DNA of 63,520 bases, filler included, from Octopus bimaculoides (lineage: Eukaryota): assembly GCF_001194135.2 (NCBI RefSeq). It is 5 parts of 5 records of this genome, joined end to end, with 100 filler letters (N's around TTAATTAATTAA, not from the genome) between each part and the next. Parts side by side here need not be neighbours in the genome. Positions count along the whole stretch, not along the records: positions 1 to 31,353 come from NC_068985.1; positions 31,454 to 44,530 come from NC_068983.1; 3 more parts are not named here. One strand, 5' to 3'. Position 1 is the stretch's first letter. Each line of letters opens with the position of its first letter. Shown in pieces: positions 22,771-35,408 of the stretch. The position numbers and the translations under genes were made by a program. The notes beneath the pieces are model-generated. The model saw only the letters and a list, made by a program, of their open reading frames with translations, searched no databases and was not told the DNA's origin.

Positions 22771-25115
22771 AAGAATCAACTTCCTTTTTCCTTTTCTTTT
22801 AACTGGAGCCTGAGGCAGTGTTCATAGCTTTTACAGGCCCTCCTAGACCAGAGAGATTGATACCATTAATGTGTCTCGTGAACCTGCAAGGAAGACATGA
22901 GCAGGGGTGGTTCCAGAGGGATAACATTTGGGGAAGGATTAGGTGTAATGATTAGCGCTGGGCCTGGAACATGAAAGTAATGATGAGGAAGGCAGAAACA
23001 AGTGGGATGAGGTACCTGAATGAAAGTGGTATGAGACCATTCAGCTGTCAAGAGCAAGAGAAAATGTCAGAGAGAAGATAGTCTTGTACTGAGATGAAAG
23101 TAGTAGTAGTATTAGTAGTAGCAGCAGCAGCAGCAGATGTAATAGCAGTAGTGATGGTTATGTAATTGCTGGTATTTTACAATCTCAGACTAGATATACA
23201 ATACATGTAATAATTCATCTCCAATATTTGACAGTTATATATCTTCTCTAACAATTTCTACTGATATTATGAAAGCTGGAAGACATTATAAGACTGTCAG
23301 GTTTGATAGGTGAAACATTGATTACTTTTAGTACTCACATCCTAGCACCTCATTTCTGGCCTTGCTCTCTCTCCACATATATTCCCCTCCCTGGTTGGCA
23401 TGCCTGAGTTTACTGAGTACTTTCTATATTGTCGTGTGTACAAGACCCTACTTTCTCCTGTACTGAAACCACAATGGAAAGCTGGTAAATTGATCTCCCT
23501 CAGAAGTGACTGATGAACAAGATAAGCTCTCTAGTCCTGCTTCTACAAAATGCACTCAATACACACTAGAAAGTGGGTAGCAAATATGTGGAAAGTGCTA
23601 AGGTACCTTTTATTCAAGATCCCTAAATTTGGTAATATGAGAAAATGCACTCAGTTCACTTTGTAAAGTAGTTGGTGACAGGAAGGGCTTTCAGTCATAG
23701 AAAACAGCCAAATGACATGTGCTAACACCAGTCTATGGGAGCAGTAGTTATAAATAAGAAATTACTTGGACCATGACCTGTCCAACCCATACCAGCATGG
23801 AAAGCAAACATGAAAGTGATGGCAGTTATGATGATGATATATTAAAGAATCCTTGAGTGAATGACACAAATCTACATAACTTACAAAATGTGTAGTTCTG
23901 ATGTCCATTTATTTTCAAGACAACAGAATACAGTGATTTCTGTCATTCACAGCCAGCCCTTACAGTGGGTATAGGCCTGGCTCCTTCCTTTCTACAGGCT
24001 AGTTAAAGTTGAACAAATCCTATTTGTTGTGCAATCCCACCTCTCTCATCACTAATCTGGTCTGACTCAATCTAGATGACTTTCTTCCAGCTCTCATCAC
24101 TTTCCAAAGTTTCAGGATTAATTAATTTGTGCTCCAGCTTTCAGCATTTTGCTAAAATTTTGTCATCTATCTTGTAAATATAATTAGTTCTTTTCATTAT
24201 TCTGTCTATTTTATTACCATGTCATCATGTAAATATAGTTTCAATAGTTTTGTCTTCCTCGTTGTTGCCTTAAGATAACCTTAGTTCACACATTTCCTTA
24301 ACCGCAACATATTCATTCATTATTCACTCATTTATTAAAGTTTATCTCTCTCTTTGCCTCACTCTGTCTGTCTGTCTCTCTCTCTCTCTCTTTCGATTAC
24401 CACTCGCTCTGTGAAGACTTCCTCCACCACCACCTATATAAACTAGCACACGTACTTGGATTCCCTACTCGACTTTTTAATACCTCTGCTGAAGAATACA
24501 AATCTCAGAAGATGCTCAGATAAGAAGTTTTGTCTTTTCAACCTCACTCATCTACTTTTCTATTTCTGTGCAGTTCTTTTCAATATTCTGTCTATTTCAT
24601 TACCATGTCATCATGTAAATATATTTTCAAGAGTTTCGTCTTCCTCGTTGTTGCCTTAAGATAACCATTTCCTTCACTGCAACATATTCATTCATTTATT
24701 AAAGTTTATCACACAGTCACTTATTTCTCTAATTTTGTCATAGATTGGCTAACCGAAAACTCTCAGATTTTTCAATTCTATTTTACTATTATCAACATTT
24801 GCTGTTTCGTTAAATTATGCTACACAAATCCCAAAAGAATATTTTTCTCCCTCGTGTTCTGACCACTACCCCACCTCTCTCTCTTTCGATTACACTCGCT
24901 TCGCATGGGCATCCAGCTGTAGAAACTCTGCCAAATTAGATTGGAGTCTGGTGCAGACATCTGATTCACCAGTTCTCAGTTAAATTGTCCAACCCATGCT
25001 AGCATGGAAAGCAGACGTTAAACAATGATAATGATGATGATGAACTATAAATAATTTGAAAAGCAACAGTAATTTAGTTTAAAGAATATTTTATACTCAC
25101 TACTATTAACCTTAC

Positions 25116-25200
25116 TGGATCTTTGAGCCACTTCTTTTGGAACCAAATAAGCTTGCTTTCTTTTCTCCTTTTGTTTCAGGATAGATTTTTGTGTTTTAGC
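25116..25200 (-). CDS. KRR1: KRR1 coding exon (AKTQKSILKQKEKRKQAYLVPKEVAQRS); alternative donor would end at 25101
   Basis: ttcttcttcag|GCT AAA...TCC A|gtaagg; aligns with KRR1 [23 protein letters not shown]. Confidence 0.85.
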
Positions 25201-25479
25201 CTGAAGAAGAAATAAATGTTTAAAATGTTCACCTTTATACCAGAAAATGAAGTTGCTTTAAGTAGATAGAATAAGTTTCTCTCTGTCTATTGTTATACTT
25301 TATAAATATTTCCTATAAAGCCAACATAGAAACACCAAACTACCTTACATTAATCTTTCACTAATAAAACATTAAAATCTGACCAGAATATCTAAAATTG
25401 TAAATCTATAGCCATCACTCAGAATTGAAGCTGAACTGGTAATATATTTGATGTTCTTGTGAATTGTTCTAGGTGTTTA

Positions 25480-25690
25480 CATAACCCTAACCCTGACTCA
25501 GTGGTACATCCAGAATGTAACAGCTGGAGGGTGAGTGCGACACCAATAGTTAGCTGGTCTTCATTTTCAGCCTAGTAGACTGGAGAAATGTGAAATAAAG
25601 TACCTTACTCAAGGACACAACACACTGCCTAGGCTAAATTGAACCTATGATCTTATGCTTGTCAACCAACACCCTAACCACTAAGCCACC
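25480..25690 (-). mobile_element. tRNA-derived SINE, family 3
   Basis: Minus strand GGTGGCTTAGTGGTTAGGGTG...GGTTCAATT...CCTTGAGTAAGGTACTTTATTTCAC (A/B-box-like head plus core-like body). Confidence 0.6.
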
Positions 25691-26019
25691 TGTTCTCACT
25701 GTCAAACTATAGTTAACATATAAAAGATTTAAGAATTTGGATATGTTATCAAATTACTTTCCTACCTTGGAATGTAATCAAGTTTGCATAATCATCTTGT
25801 TTAATTAAAGTTTGTAGAATTACCTACTTTAATTAAAGTTGGTTTGATTAACTCAAATCATAGAATATTAGTAAAATAAAAACAGAAAGTATTCAACCCT
25901 TTTCTGATTTATGATGTAAAACATGTTTTCAGAAATAATGAGAATATAAAATAGTATTCAAGATAATGAACAAGAGATAATTTATTAATAAAAACACAAA
26001 ATATTGAAATATTGTCAGA

Positions 26020-26180
26020 ACAAGTCTGACTGTGTGGTAAGAAGTTTGCTTCCCAACCATGTGGTTTTCAAATTCAGTCCTACTGTGTAACACCTTGAGT
26101 AAGTATGTCTTGCTATAACCCTGGGTTGACCAAAGTCTTCTGAATAGACTTGCTAGATTAAAACTGAAAGAAGACTAGCG
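26020..26180 (+). mobile_element. tRNA-derived SINE family 1, truncated
   Basis: TGTGTGGTAAGAAGTTTGCTTCCCAACCATGTGG...AAACTGAAAGAAG. Confidence 0.7.
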
Positions 26181-26216
26181 CGTGTGCAAACACACACACA
26201 CAAACACATGTATACA

Positions 26217-27320
26217 CAAGAGTAGGCTGATAAGCTCATAGGCTGACTTTGAAGGAGTGATGCTAGAATTGTGAAATCCTGCATGCATTAATTTCAACTC
26301 TTCTTATGAATAACTGTCAGCTAAACTGACATCTGACTGTTTAAAGAGCACTTAAAAAGTAGTGACTTCTCTTGAAAATGGACAAAATTTGGGTCCATGG
26401 TGTTATCAAGTACCTGCAGAGAAAGGATTTAGTACCCAACAGCATTCATGCTAACATGGTTGTTACATTAAGGGATGATGCTCCAGCTTTATCAACAGTG
26501 CAAAGTGGGCAGCTGGATTTAGGAGGGTTTTGAAAATGACCCAAGGTCTGGATGTTCTTCAACTGCTACCACCGAGGAAAACACTGATCATGCTCACAAC
26601 ATGGTGACTGACTATAAATAAAATAGCCAATGCTATTGGCATATCCTGTAAGAGGGTTGAGAATATGAAGGTTTTGCCTGGTGGCTGCCAAATCCTCTGA
26701 CACCTGATCAAAAGCACACCAGGCTGATCACATCCAGAAAAAATCTCACGATTATTTGAGGCAGATCCAGCTGGTTTCCTTGAATGTTTCCTAACACAGG
26801 ATGAGTGTTGGGTTCATGTCTTTGAGACAGAGACAAAGAGACAATCTATGCAGTGGAAACACCCCTTCTCACCTGCTCCAAAGAAGGCCAAGGTTGTTTC
26901 ATCTGCAGGGAAGGTGATGGCCTCTGCATTTTGGGATGCAAAAGGCATTGTGTTCATTGACTATCTTCAAAAGAACCACACCATCACTGGAAGGTATGAT
27001 GCCAACTTGCTGAGGCAGTTAAGAAAGGCTATCAAGACCAAAAGTCCAGGAAAACTGATGAAAGGGGTCTTGTTTCATCAGGACAATGATCCAGCACAAA
27101 AATTCTTGGTTTCAATGGCTTCTACGCATGACTGTGGCTTGGAACAGATGTGCATGTCTTTTTTGACCAACAGGATGAAAGCTTTGTTACCAAGAACTGC
27201 AACACTAATGGAAGAAGTGCATGGACTGCAAGGAGGACTATGTTGAAACATAAACATCATTCAGTCACATTCCATGAGAGTATCTTTGTCAGCCTATAAA
27301 CTTTTCAGCCAAGCCCCATG
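26217..27320 (+). mobile_element. Mariner DNA transposon, decayed
   Basis: Imperfect ~30-bp TIRs (GGCTGATAAGCTCATAGGCTGAC / GTCAGCCTATAAACTTTTCAGCC). Transposase remnant QDECWVH...MQWKH...AGKVMASAFWDAKG...VLFHQDN at ~26790-27110. Confidence 0.88.
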
Positions 27321-28627
27321 CGCATGCGTGCGTGAGTGTGTGCCAACATAGAAAACGGACATTAAACGATGATGATGATAATATATATCAATTTAATACA
27401 CAACTGAAAGAACTGCTAATAGATTCATGCTTTTATGATACTTTAACTAGGTATATTTATAAAATACACCATGTATCTCTCACTGGATGGAACACTTCTT
27501 TGTTGATACTACCTATATTGAATGTGGGGGGGGGGGGTATGGCTTGTCTTGACATTGCATGATAATTGTCAACAAACATCACTGCCATACAAGGTGTTAT
27601 TTGTTTGCAGTCTTAGGTGAAAATATGTCTGGTCATTGAGCTATTCATGTTCAAAGGACTAGGGAAAATATTAACATGTTTGGAAACAGGTGAGGATTCA
27701 CAAGATGGGCATCTGGCTGTAGAGAATCTATCACAATATATTTTGTCTAACTCGTGTAAGCATGGCCAGGGTGGACATTAAAATGATGATAAAACAATAT
27801 TTTTATAGCTTTAATTAAAAGTGACAGACTTATTAAGATATCATTTGACCGCAGGATCTATAGTTTATTCATTTATAATGTGTTTCCTGGTGTTCTAGAT
27901 AAGGGCATGTTCAATAGCTATGACTACCTAATTGCAAGTGATGTTATTGTTCAGCCCCAAATCAGCTCTGACCCAGCAGGCCTGTTAATTAGAATTATTC
28001 TAATGATGATCCTCCCATTATTTTATCACTCACAGTCTATTAAGGACTGCATTATCCAATGTGTCTTTCTCTTTTTTTTAGATGGTAGGGAATGATTCAA
28101 GGGAGTTGTGACTGCTATTTCTAGAGGTTGAGTAACTACATCCAGGCGCCTTTATAGGTTCATATCTATCATTTGTCAATTATCTCCAGATCAACTCTGA
28201 TCCTAAAGAATATGATCAAAGGTGTTCTAGTGATGACCATCCTGCCTTTTCAGTAGATAAAGTGTATCAAAGACTACATCAGCCAATGTGTTATTCCTTT
28301 TATTAAAATTACTGAGTGTTGTGTGATGGAGGTTTAGCTGCCCTTTCTAGTAGGTCAAGAAAACACCATTTCAAGAGGCACCATTTTTGGCCCTAATATA
28401 TACCACATGTAAAATCTATCTTACTGGGGTGATCATTAAGAATATCAGAAATAATTGTAAATTTTTCAGAGGAAACTCCAAGAGAATGATGTTTTGTCTG
28501 AATAGAGAAACGTCTCTCAGCATCATTTTTAATATCATGGAAACTAGAACATTTAGTAATGGAAGCAGAAAATACACAAAAAAATTAAAAATATAAATAA
28601 AAACCAGAAACCCTCTCTATTCCTTAC

Positions 28628-28705
28628 TTGTATTTTTATCTTCTGCTGGGATTTTCTCTCAGACTCTTTGAAGAAATATTCTCCTGAAGCTAACTGTTGG
28701 TCAAT
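28628..28705 (-). CDS. KRR1: KRR1 coding exon (IDQQLASGEYFFKESERKSQQKIKIQ)
   Basis: ccatttcag|ATT GAC...ATA CAA|gtaagg; matches the conserved IDKELASGEYFLK motif; phase 0/0. Confidence 0.92.
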
Positions 28706-29218
28706 CTGAAATGGTAATATTAAATCATATAAATAAGAATGAAATGAAACTGTTGTTGATGTTCATTCTCAAATCAACTGGTGAAAGGCTTTCCCATCAT
28801 GACCATACCATCATTTGGTCTAACTTCCATCATTCAATGTTTTCTTCCATTTTTAAGACAGTAGGATGTGTCATTTGAGGAGATTTAGTAGGTCAAGCGA
28901 CCAGACAGAAGCTCCTTCATTAGCTATGAAATTGTTAAAATGAGGTCATTGTGTGTGTATGTGTGTGCACACATACGCATGCAACTAACAAAGTTGTTCA
29001 TAAGTTCACAGGGTTATGCCGTCCTGTCAGGAGGAGAAAATTATCTTAAACAAATGAAGTTATTTTGGTCTTTTATTGGGTTCAAACAGTGGTATGGCCA
29101 TGCAAGAACACTATCTGGTGCTAAAGAAGAAAAATTATGAAATAATGGATTCAGTCTTTTCTAATAACTTATAACATTTTCAAGGAGCAATGGAAGGAAA
29201 GAATATTCAAATATTTCA

Positions 29219-29500
<282 letters not shown>

Positions 29501-29984
29501 CTATCTACACATCCAGGAATCAAACTGATTGAGATGTTGAGATTTAAAAAAAAATTTCATCTCTAAAGATGAAATTAATTGTTTCAAAAACTTCTAATTT
29601 ACTAATTCTACATTTTTAACAGACTTGATTTTGTGTTTGAAGCTGTTGGTATTGCATCATCATCATTATTTTAATAATTAAAAAAAATACTTTCAAGGGC
29701 ACAGCCATGTCAATAAGCTACCAATGGGTAGAGATCAGAATAACCAAATGTGATATTTGGTTAGGCATCTATGCATTCTGAGTTCAATCCCCACCCAGGT
29801 GATTTGCTTTTTAAGGTCAATAAAATACAGACGTCAATGTAATCAACCATTCCTGTTGACTCAACATAACCACAGTCCAATGACTGAAATCACTGCAAAA
29901 AAGTTGGCAGTTCACTAAGGTTATACCAACCACTGCCACTGTCACCACCACCTCCTCCTACTACTACTACATCATAATAATAAT

Positions 29985-30175
29985 AATAATCCTACTATAG
30001 GCATAAGACCTGAAATTTTGGGGGAGGGGACCAGTTGATTACATCGATCCTAGTGTTTTACTGGTACTTAATTTATCAACCCCGAAAGCATGAAAGGCAA
30101 AGTCGACCTTGGCGGAATTTCAACACAGACGAAATACTGCCAAACTTTTTGCCTGGCATGCTAACAATTCTGCTA
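29985..30175 (-). mobile_element. tRNA-derived SINE, family 2
   Basis: Reverse complement of GCAGAATTGTTAGCATGCC...AAATTCCGCCAAGGTCGACTTTGCC...(TTA)n; homologous to 45380-45752. Confidence 0.75.
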
Positions 30176-30245
30176 CGAAAATGCAACAACACATACATAT
30201 AAAATATGGAAGAAAAATAATGTAAATAAAGACCTCGATAAAACA

Positions 30246-31353
30246 ATGAACCCTAACAAACTAGCTAATATAAGAAGATATATTCTAAAAGCAAAAAAAA
30301 TATCAGAAATAGAAATAGAACAATTGAAAGGAAAAATACATCAGGAAAATCTAGATAGTAGTCACACAGCAATGCCAAATAATAATATAAACACTGAGAT
30401 AGCAAAACACGAGGACAAACGTAACATTTCCGGCAAAAACGAAGTAAACAAAAAACAACAAACCCAGACCGTAGAGATGTATAATAGTGTACAAAAAGCA
30501 CCAATCCAGAACACCACAGACAAACATATGAATGAAAAGGAANNNNNNNNNNNNNNNNNNNNNNNNNNNNNNNNNNNNNNNNNNNNNNNNNNNNNNNNNN
30601 NNNNNNNNNNNNNNNNNNNNNNNNNNNNNNNNNNNNNNNNNNNNNNNNNNNNNNNNNNNNNNNNNNNNNNNNNNNNNNNNNNNNNNNNNNNNNNNNNNNN
30701 NNNNNNNNNNNNNNNNNNNNNNNNNNNNNNNNNNNNNNNNNNNNNNNNNNNNNNNNNNNNNNNNNNNNNNNNNNNNNNNNNNNNNNNNNNNNNNNNNNNN
30801 NNNNNNNNNNNNNNNNNNNNNNNNNNNNNNNNNNNNNNNNNNNNNNNNNNNNNNNNNNNNNNNNNNNNNNNNNNNNNNNNNNNNNNNNNNNNNNNNNNNN
30901 NNNNNNNNNNNNNNNNNNNNNNNNNNNNNNNNNNNNNNNNNNNNNGAACAAAATTTAAAAAAAAGAGAAAAGATTTATCGATTCTCAACGAAATTAGTAA
31001 ACAATCAACACAACTAAGTAACAAGAAGAAAACAAAAATACTGTACAAATACAGCATTACAGAAAAAGACTTACCTGAGGCAAAAGAAAAACTAAAGCAA
31101 CACATCCTTGCCAAAGCAGAAAGGATCCACCGGTATGAGAAACGCCAACATTTCTTTGAACAAAACAAACAGTTCAAATCCAACCCAAAAAAACTCTACC
31201 AAGAACTGGGTAAAAATAAAATAGACATTACTGCAGCACCAACAGCAAAAGAACTGGAAGAATTCTGGAAACAAATATGGTCGGTGAAGCAACAACCCCA
31301 AAAAAGGACCATTAAAACAACGAACTTAGCACCTGAGCAACTCTGGGCCCCTA
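30246..31353 (+). mobile_element. Non-LTR retrotransposon ORF fragment, probably R4/Dong-like (pre-RT region)
   Basis: KLKQHILAKAERIHRYEKRQHFFEQNKQFKSNPKKLYQELG...EEFWKQIWS resembles the pre-RT region of R4/Dong elements (recalled, not searched); truncated by gaps. Confidence 0.6.
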
Positions 31354-31397
31354 NNNNNNNNNNNNNNNNNNNNNNNNNNNNNNNNNNNNNNNNNNNN

Positions 31398-31409
31398 TTA
31401 ATTAATTAA
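31398..31409. other. Artificial scaffold linker TTAATTAATTAA in a 100-bp spacer
   Basis: Flanked by exactly 44 N on each side; identical at four sites. Confidence 0.9.
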
Positions 31410-31453
31410 NNNNNNNNNNNNNNNNNNNNNNNNNNNNNNNNNNNNNNNNNNNN

Positions 31454-31514
<61 letters not shown>

Positions 31515-31899
31515 ATGTGTGTGTGTGTATGTATTTATATATACATATATATGTATATAAGTACTCCATCTGGTGAGAGATAAATATTATTTAATAACCA
31601 CAATACATGATTTTATGTGCTACTATTAGTTTTATGCGATGCTAACATGCTAGGCATTATTTTTTAACATGTCTGATGTCTCAGCGCAATCTTCAAGCAG
31701 TACCCAAATGTCATAACAAACAAAGATAGGACAATAGGATGAGAGAAAAGCGAGAAAAGGCGAGGAAGAATTAGATATAAAGGCGGATGGTTGAAAAAAG
31801 AAACGGAAAACGAAAAAAAAAAGAAGAAAAACGGAAAAAAGCAAAGGGTGGGGGGCTTGGTATTAAAGTTATTTCCCCTTTTGGCTGTAAAATATAAGG

Positions 31900-32770
31900 C
31901 TGAAATTATAGTGGAATAGTATCTGCGGTACAACTACCTATTCCGGTGAATGTGGTACTTTCCAATTTGTCAACAAGAACTTAGTCACATGCTTACAATC
32001 GCGTAAAGTTTCGGATCTAGAATTCAGCAGTGTGTTAGAGTTCTTAGATCTGAAAAGGACCTCAGTTCTTCCAGCTACGCATAGCTTATAGAGTTTTGAT
32101 CCGTTAACATATCGTATGGATTTTTAAAACTTTCTTCCACTCTATCGTATGTAGTGTGGCGTTCGTCTTCAAACCCCGTACGTGGCTAGCCAACTTAGTA
32201 GATTTACTTTTGTTCCTGTCAGAAGGAAGCTATGTGATTAGCATAGTGATTTTTGAATTCGCCTTCACATAGTCCGATTTAGCTCCTCTTATCGATAGTG
32301 TGTTAACATCTGTCTCATATATGGTCAAGTGCACAGGTTCCTGTGTCTCGACAGTTACAACTGGGTGTGGGCTCTTGGTGTTATTCTCGTGTAATAATGT
32401 TTTTCATAATGGGGCAGCAGCTATATGATAATTTCCCTGAGTGCCTGTTTAATATTTTCCTGCACCTGTAATTTTCTGGAAAATGTTTAGCCAGGAGAGA
32501 CAGAAATCTGTTACCTATGCTAGTTTTTACGTCAAAGGAAACGGGGTGGGAGCACCAGATTATTTTCCGCGGTCTATTTTTAGGTCTATTATTATTATTA
32601 ATATTATCATTGTTATTTTTATTATCATCAGAAGGGTTATATATCAATTTCTCCTTAAAGCCACTATTGGCTATGACATTGTTGTAGTAGGGGGTTGCCT
32701 TCTCGAAAATTTCTTTAGAGGAAGAGAGGCTAGAAAATACTGTATGAAATAAAAAATTTACACACAAAAA
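31900..32770 (-). mobile_element. Penelope-like element fragment (C-terminal RT thumb, linker, GIY-YIG)
   Basis: EIFEKATPYYNNVIANSGFKEKLIY...RKIIW...VKTSIGNRFLSLLAKHFP...LSYSCCPIMKNII, then CNCR. Confidence 0.75.
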
Positions 32771-33207
32771 TTTTGTAGTTATACGTCACATAAACAAACG
32801 TGACTTACCATTGGAATGTTTGTCATCATAGGTCTTCTCGATAAGTCCTGCCATGGGGCTTAAACAACAACAACAAACTGGTATACATTATGCATTATAA
32901 ATGCTCATTATTCATAGAATAGATGACCGCGTTATCAAAACACCAAACAGAATACTCATTATACTCAATCATAAATTAGCTTGATGATATATTGAAAATA
33001 CAGAAAGAATAAATCTCTCTTCAACAATCCCAAACATACAAATTACTGAATACACTGTTGATGACCAATGTACATTAGACATACTTGTGCTAACGAGAAA
33101 ATTATAAATGCTATGACGCTAATTGTTTCATCAGACGTACATTTAACTTCCTTTCTTGTCAAGTGACTTGTGCATTTACAAGGAGTCATTGCTCAAGCAT
33201 AAAATGC

Positions 33208-33321
<114 letters not shown>

Positions 33322-34656
33322 GCAAAAAATCTACATAGGAAAATATTCGTCGATATGTAAATGGAGATGAAAACAAACATGGCAACAAAGTTCGTAATAA
33401 TAACTATATTAATTACAAAGTAGAGTGCAGAAATTAATGCACGGACTGCACATCCTCGTGTTAAACTATCAGCAGAAAATATGGTTAAAGTATCTCCTGA
33501 ATGAATGAATAAACCATTTTAAACTAAAAGTGCGAATTTAAGAACGAGAAAAGACGATATTGTCCTCAGTATTCTCACGTGCAAAAAATATCAGCCAACA
33601 AAATGATTTTAACTCAAGATGTGACGATTACGTCTTTGGATATTTGTCATTGAAACATGAAAATAAAGAATACCAAAGAAATATGAATGCAGATTTAGGA
33701 GATAGCCATGATTTTGGTGATAAATGAGTAGTTGCATTTATTTTGTAAAAACCAGACAAAGAAAATTTTGTTCATTCTCATATTGAGATTTTCCGTTATC
33801 TCGCGTTTAGTTCCTCCAGGAGACTATTGCTCACTTTTCTATATTTAACGTTCTAGATTAATGAAAAACAGTTTTTTTTTAATGGCAGAAGTAGATTTTA
33901 GGCAGTTGTTAGTCATTAAGATAAATTTGAAACTTGCACAATTTATTGCTTATTTATCTAAGAAAATCAACGGCACGGTCTTCTAATGGTATGGTTGTTT
34001 TGGTTCTATCAGGTGTTCAAAATAAATTTTCTTAGACGGAATGTTGACGTGCTTTGTAGACTTCTCTTTGTTTGAAGATTATAGTGTAAAGGTAATTATA
34101 GGAACTAAATTTAGAATTAGGACAAGGAAGACTCAGTATTTTTACATCAAAGTAAATAAAAAATTTAGCTTGAGGCTTGAGCTTTTTTTTATTTTAATGT
34201 CCAAATTTCCTCAGCTACTTTCCCGGACTTTCTCTCCATATATGTATATATATATATATATAAAAGATTCACGACTTACCGTCTCAGTGAACCATTATTG
34301 TTCCTGAAAGTTTTTTTTTAATATTTACTACGGATTGATTGAAGCCTACTTTTTCCTACACACCGGTCCTTGGATCTTATATACATGTATATATATATAT
34401 ATATAAAAGATTCACGACTTACCGTCTCAGTGAACCATTATTGTTCCTGAAAGTTTTTTTTTAATATTTACTACGGATTGATTGAAGCCTACTTTTTCCT
34501 ACACACCGGTCCTNNNNNNNNNNNNNNNNNNNNNNNNNNNNNNNNNNNNNNNNNNNNNNNNNNNNNNNNNNNNNNNNNNNNNNNNNNNNNNNNNNNNNNN
34601 NNNNNNNNNNNNNNNNNNNNNNNNNNNNNNNNNNNNNNNNNNNNNNNNNNNNNNNN

Positions 34657-34706
<50 letters not shown>

Positions 34707-35278
34707 CATACACACACATACATACACACACGAACATACACACATGCGCATGTGTGTATGTCTGTGTATGTATTATTTAATTATTCTTTAAGTTTGATGT
34801 AGAGAGTGACTTCGAAGTTTCGACCTGTTTAGTTTTCGTTGGACACTTTAATGAAAGCTAAGCAAGTCCAAACTTCGAAGTCACTTTTAATAGTATTGTT
34901 GTAAAAGAATAAAAAATACGTACTCTAAAAAAATTGTGTGATCCTTCAGTTCTATTTCAAATTATTTTTATTGTAGCTCGATATTAAGGTCACATATTGG
35001 CTGAACATTCAACTCGCCAGACAAAATACTTAGCGGCATCTCGTCTGTCTTTACGTTCTGAGCTCAAATTCTGAGCTTGATGTAATCCACTAGCCCTTCG
35101 CTTCAAAACTGATGTCCTTGTGCCAAAATATGAATTATAATTCGATGTAACACCAAGCATTAATATATATGTATATATATATAACCCTTCGTCAGTTGTC
35201 CCTGTTCTATCTAAAACGCGGAGTAGATGGAACAGGGACAATTGCCGAAGGGTTCTACTCTTTATGTTGCATGTCTCG

Positions 35279-35408
35279 TTTCTTCTTCTTCTTCTTCTTC
35301 TTCTTCTTCTTCTTCTTCTTCTTCTTCTTCTTCTTCTTCTTCTTCTTCTTCTTCTTCTTCTTCTTCTTCTTCTTCTTCTTCTTCTTCTTCTTCTTCTTCT
35401 TCTTCTTC
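35279..35408. repeat. (TTC)n microsatellite, ~43 units
   Basis: Direct reading. Confidence 0.95.

Noticed and set aside
25482-25496. TAACCCTAACCC telomere-like motif
   Set aside because: Only two units, at a SINE end.
30246-31353. Target-site specificity of the R4/Dong-like fragment for (TAA)n
   Set aside because: The nearby (TAA)n belongs to the adjacent SINE tail, and both element ends are lost in gaps or unclear.
34245-34513. Exact ~130-bp tandem duplication
   Set aside because: Identical copies between (TA)n tracts abutting an N gap; most likely a contig-end assembly duplication.
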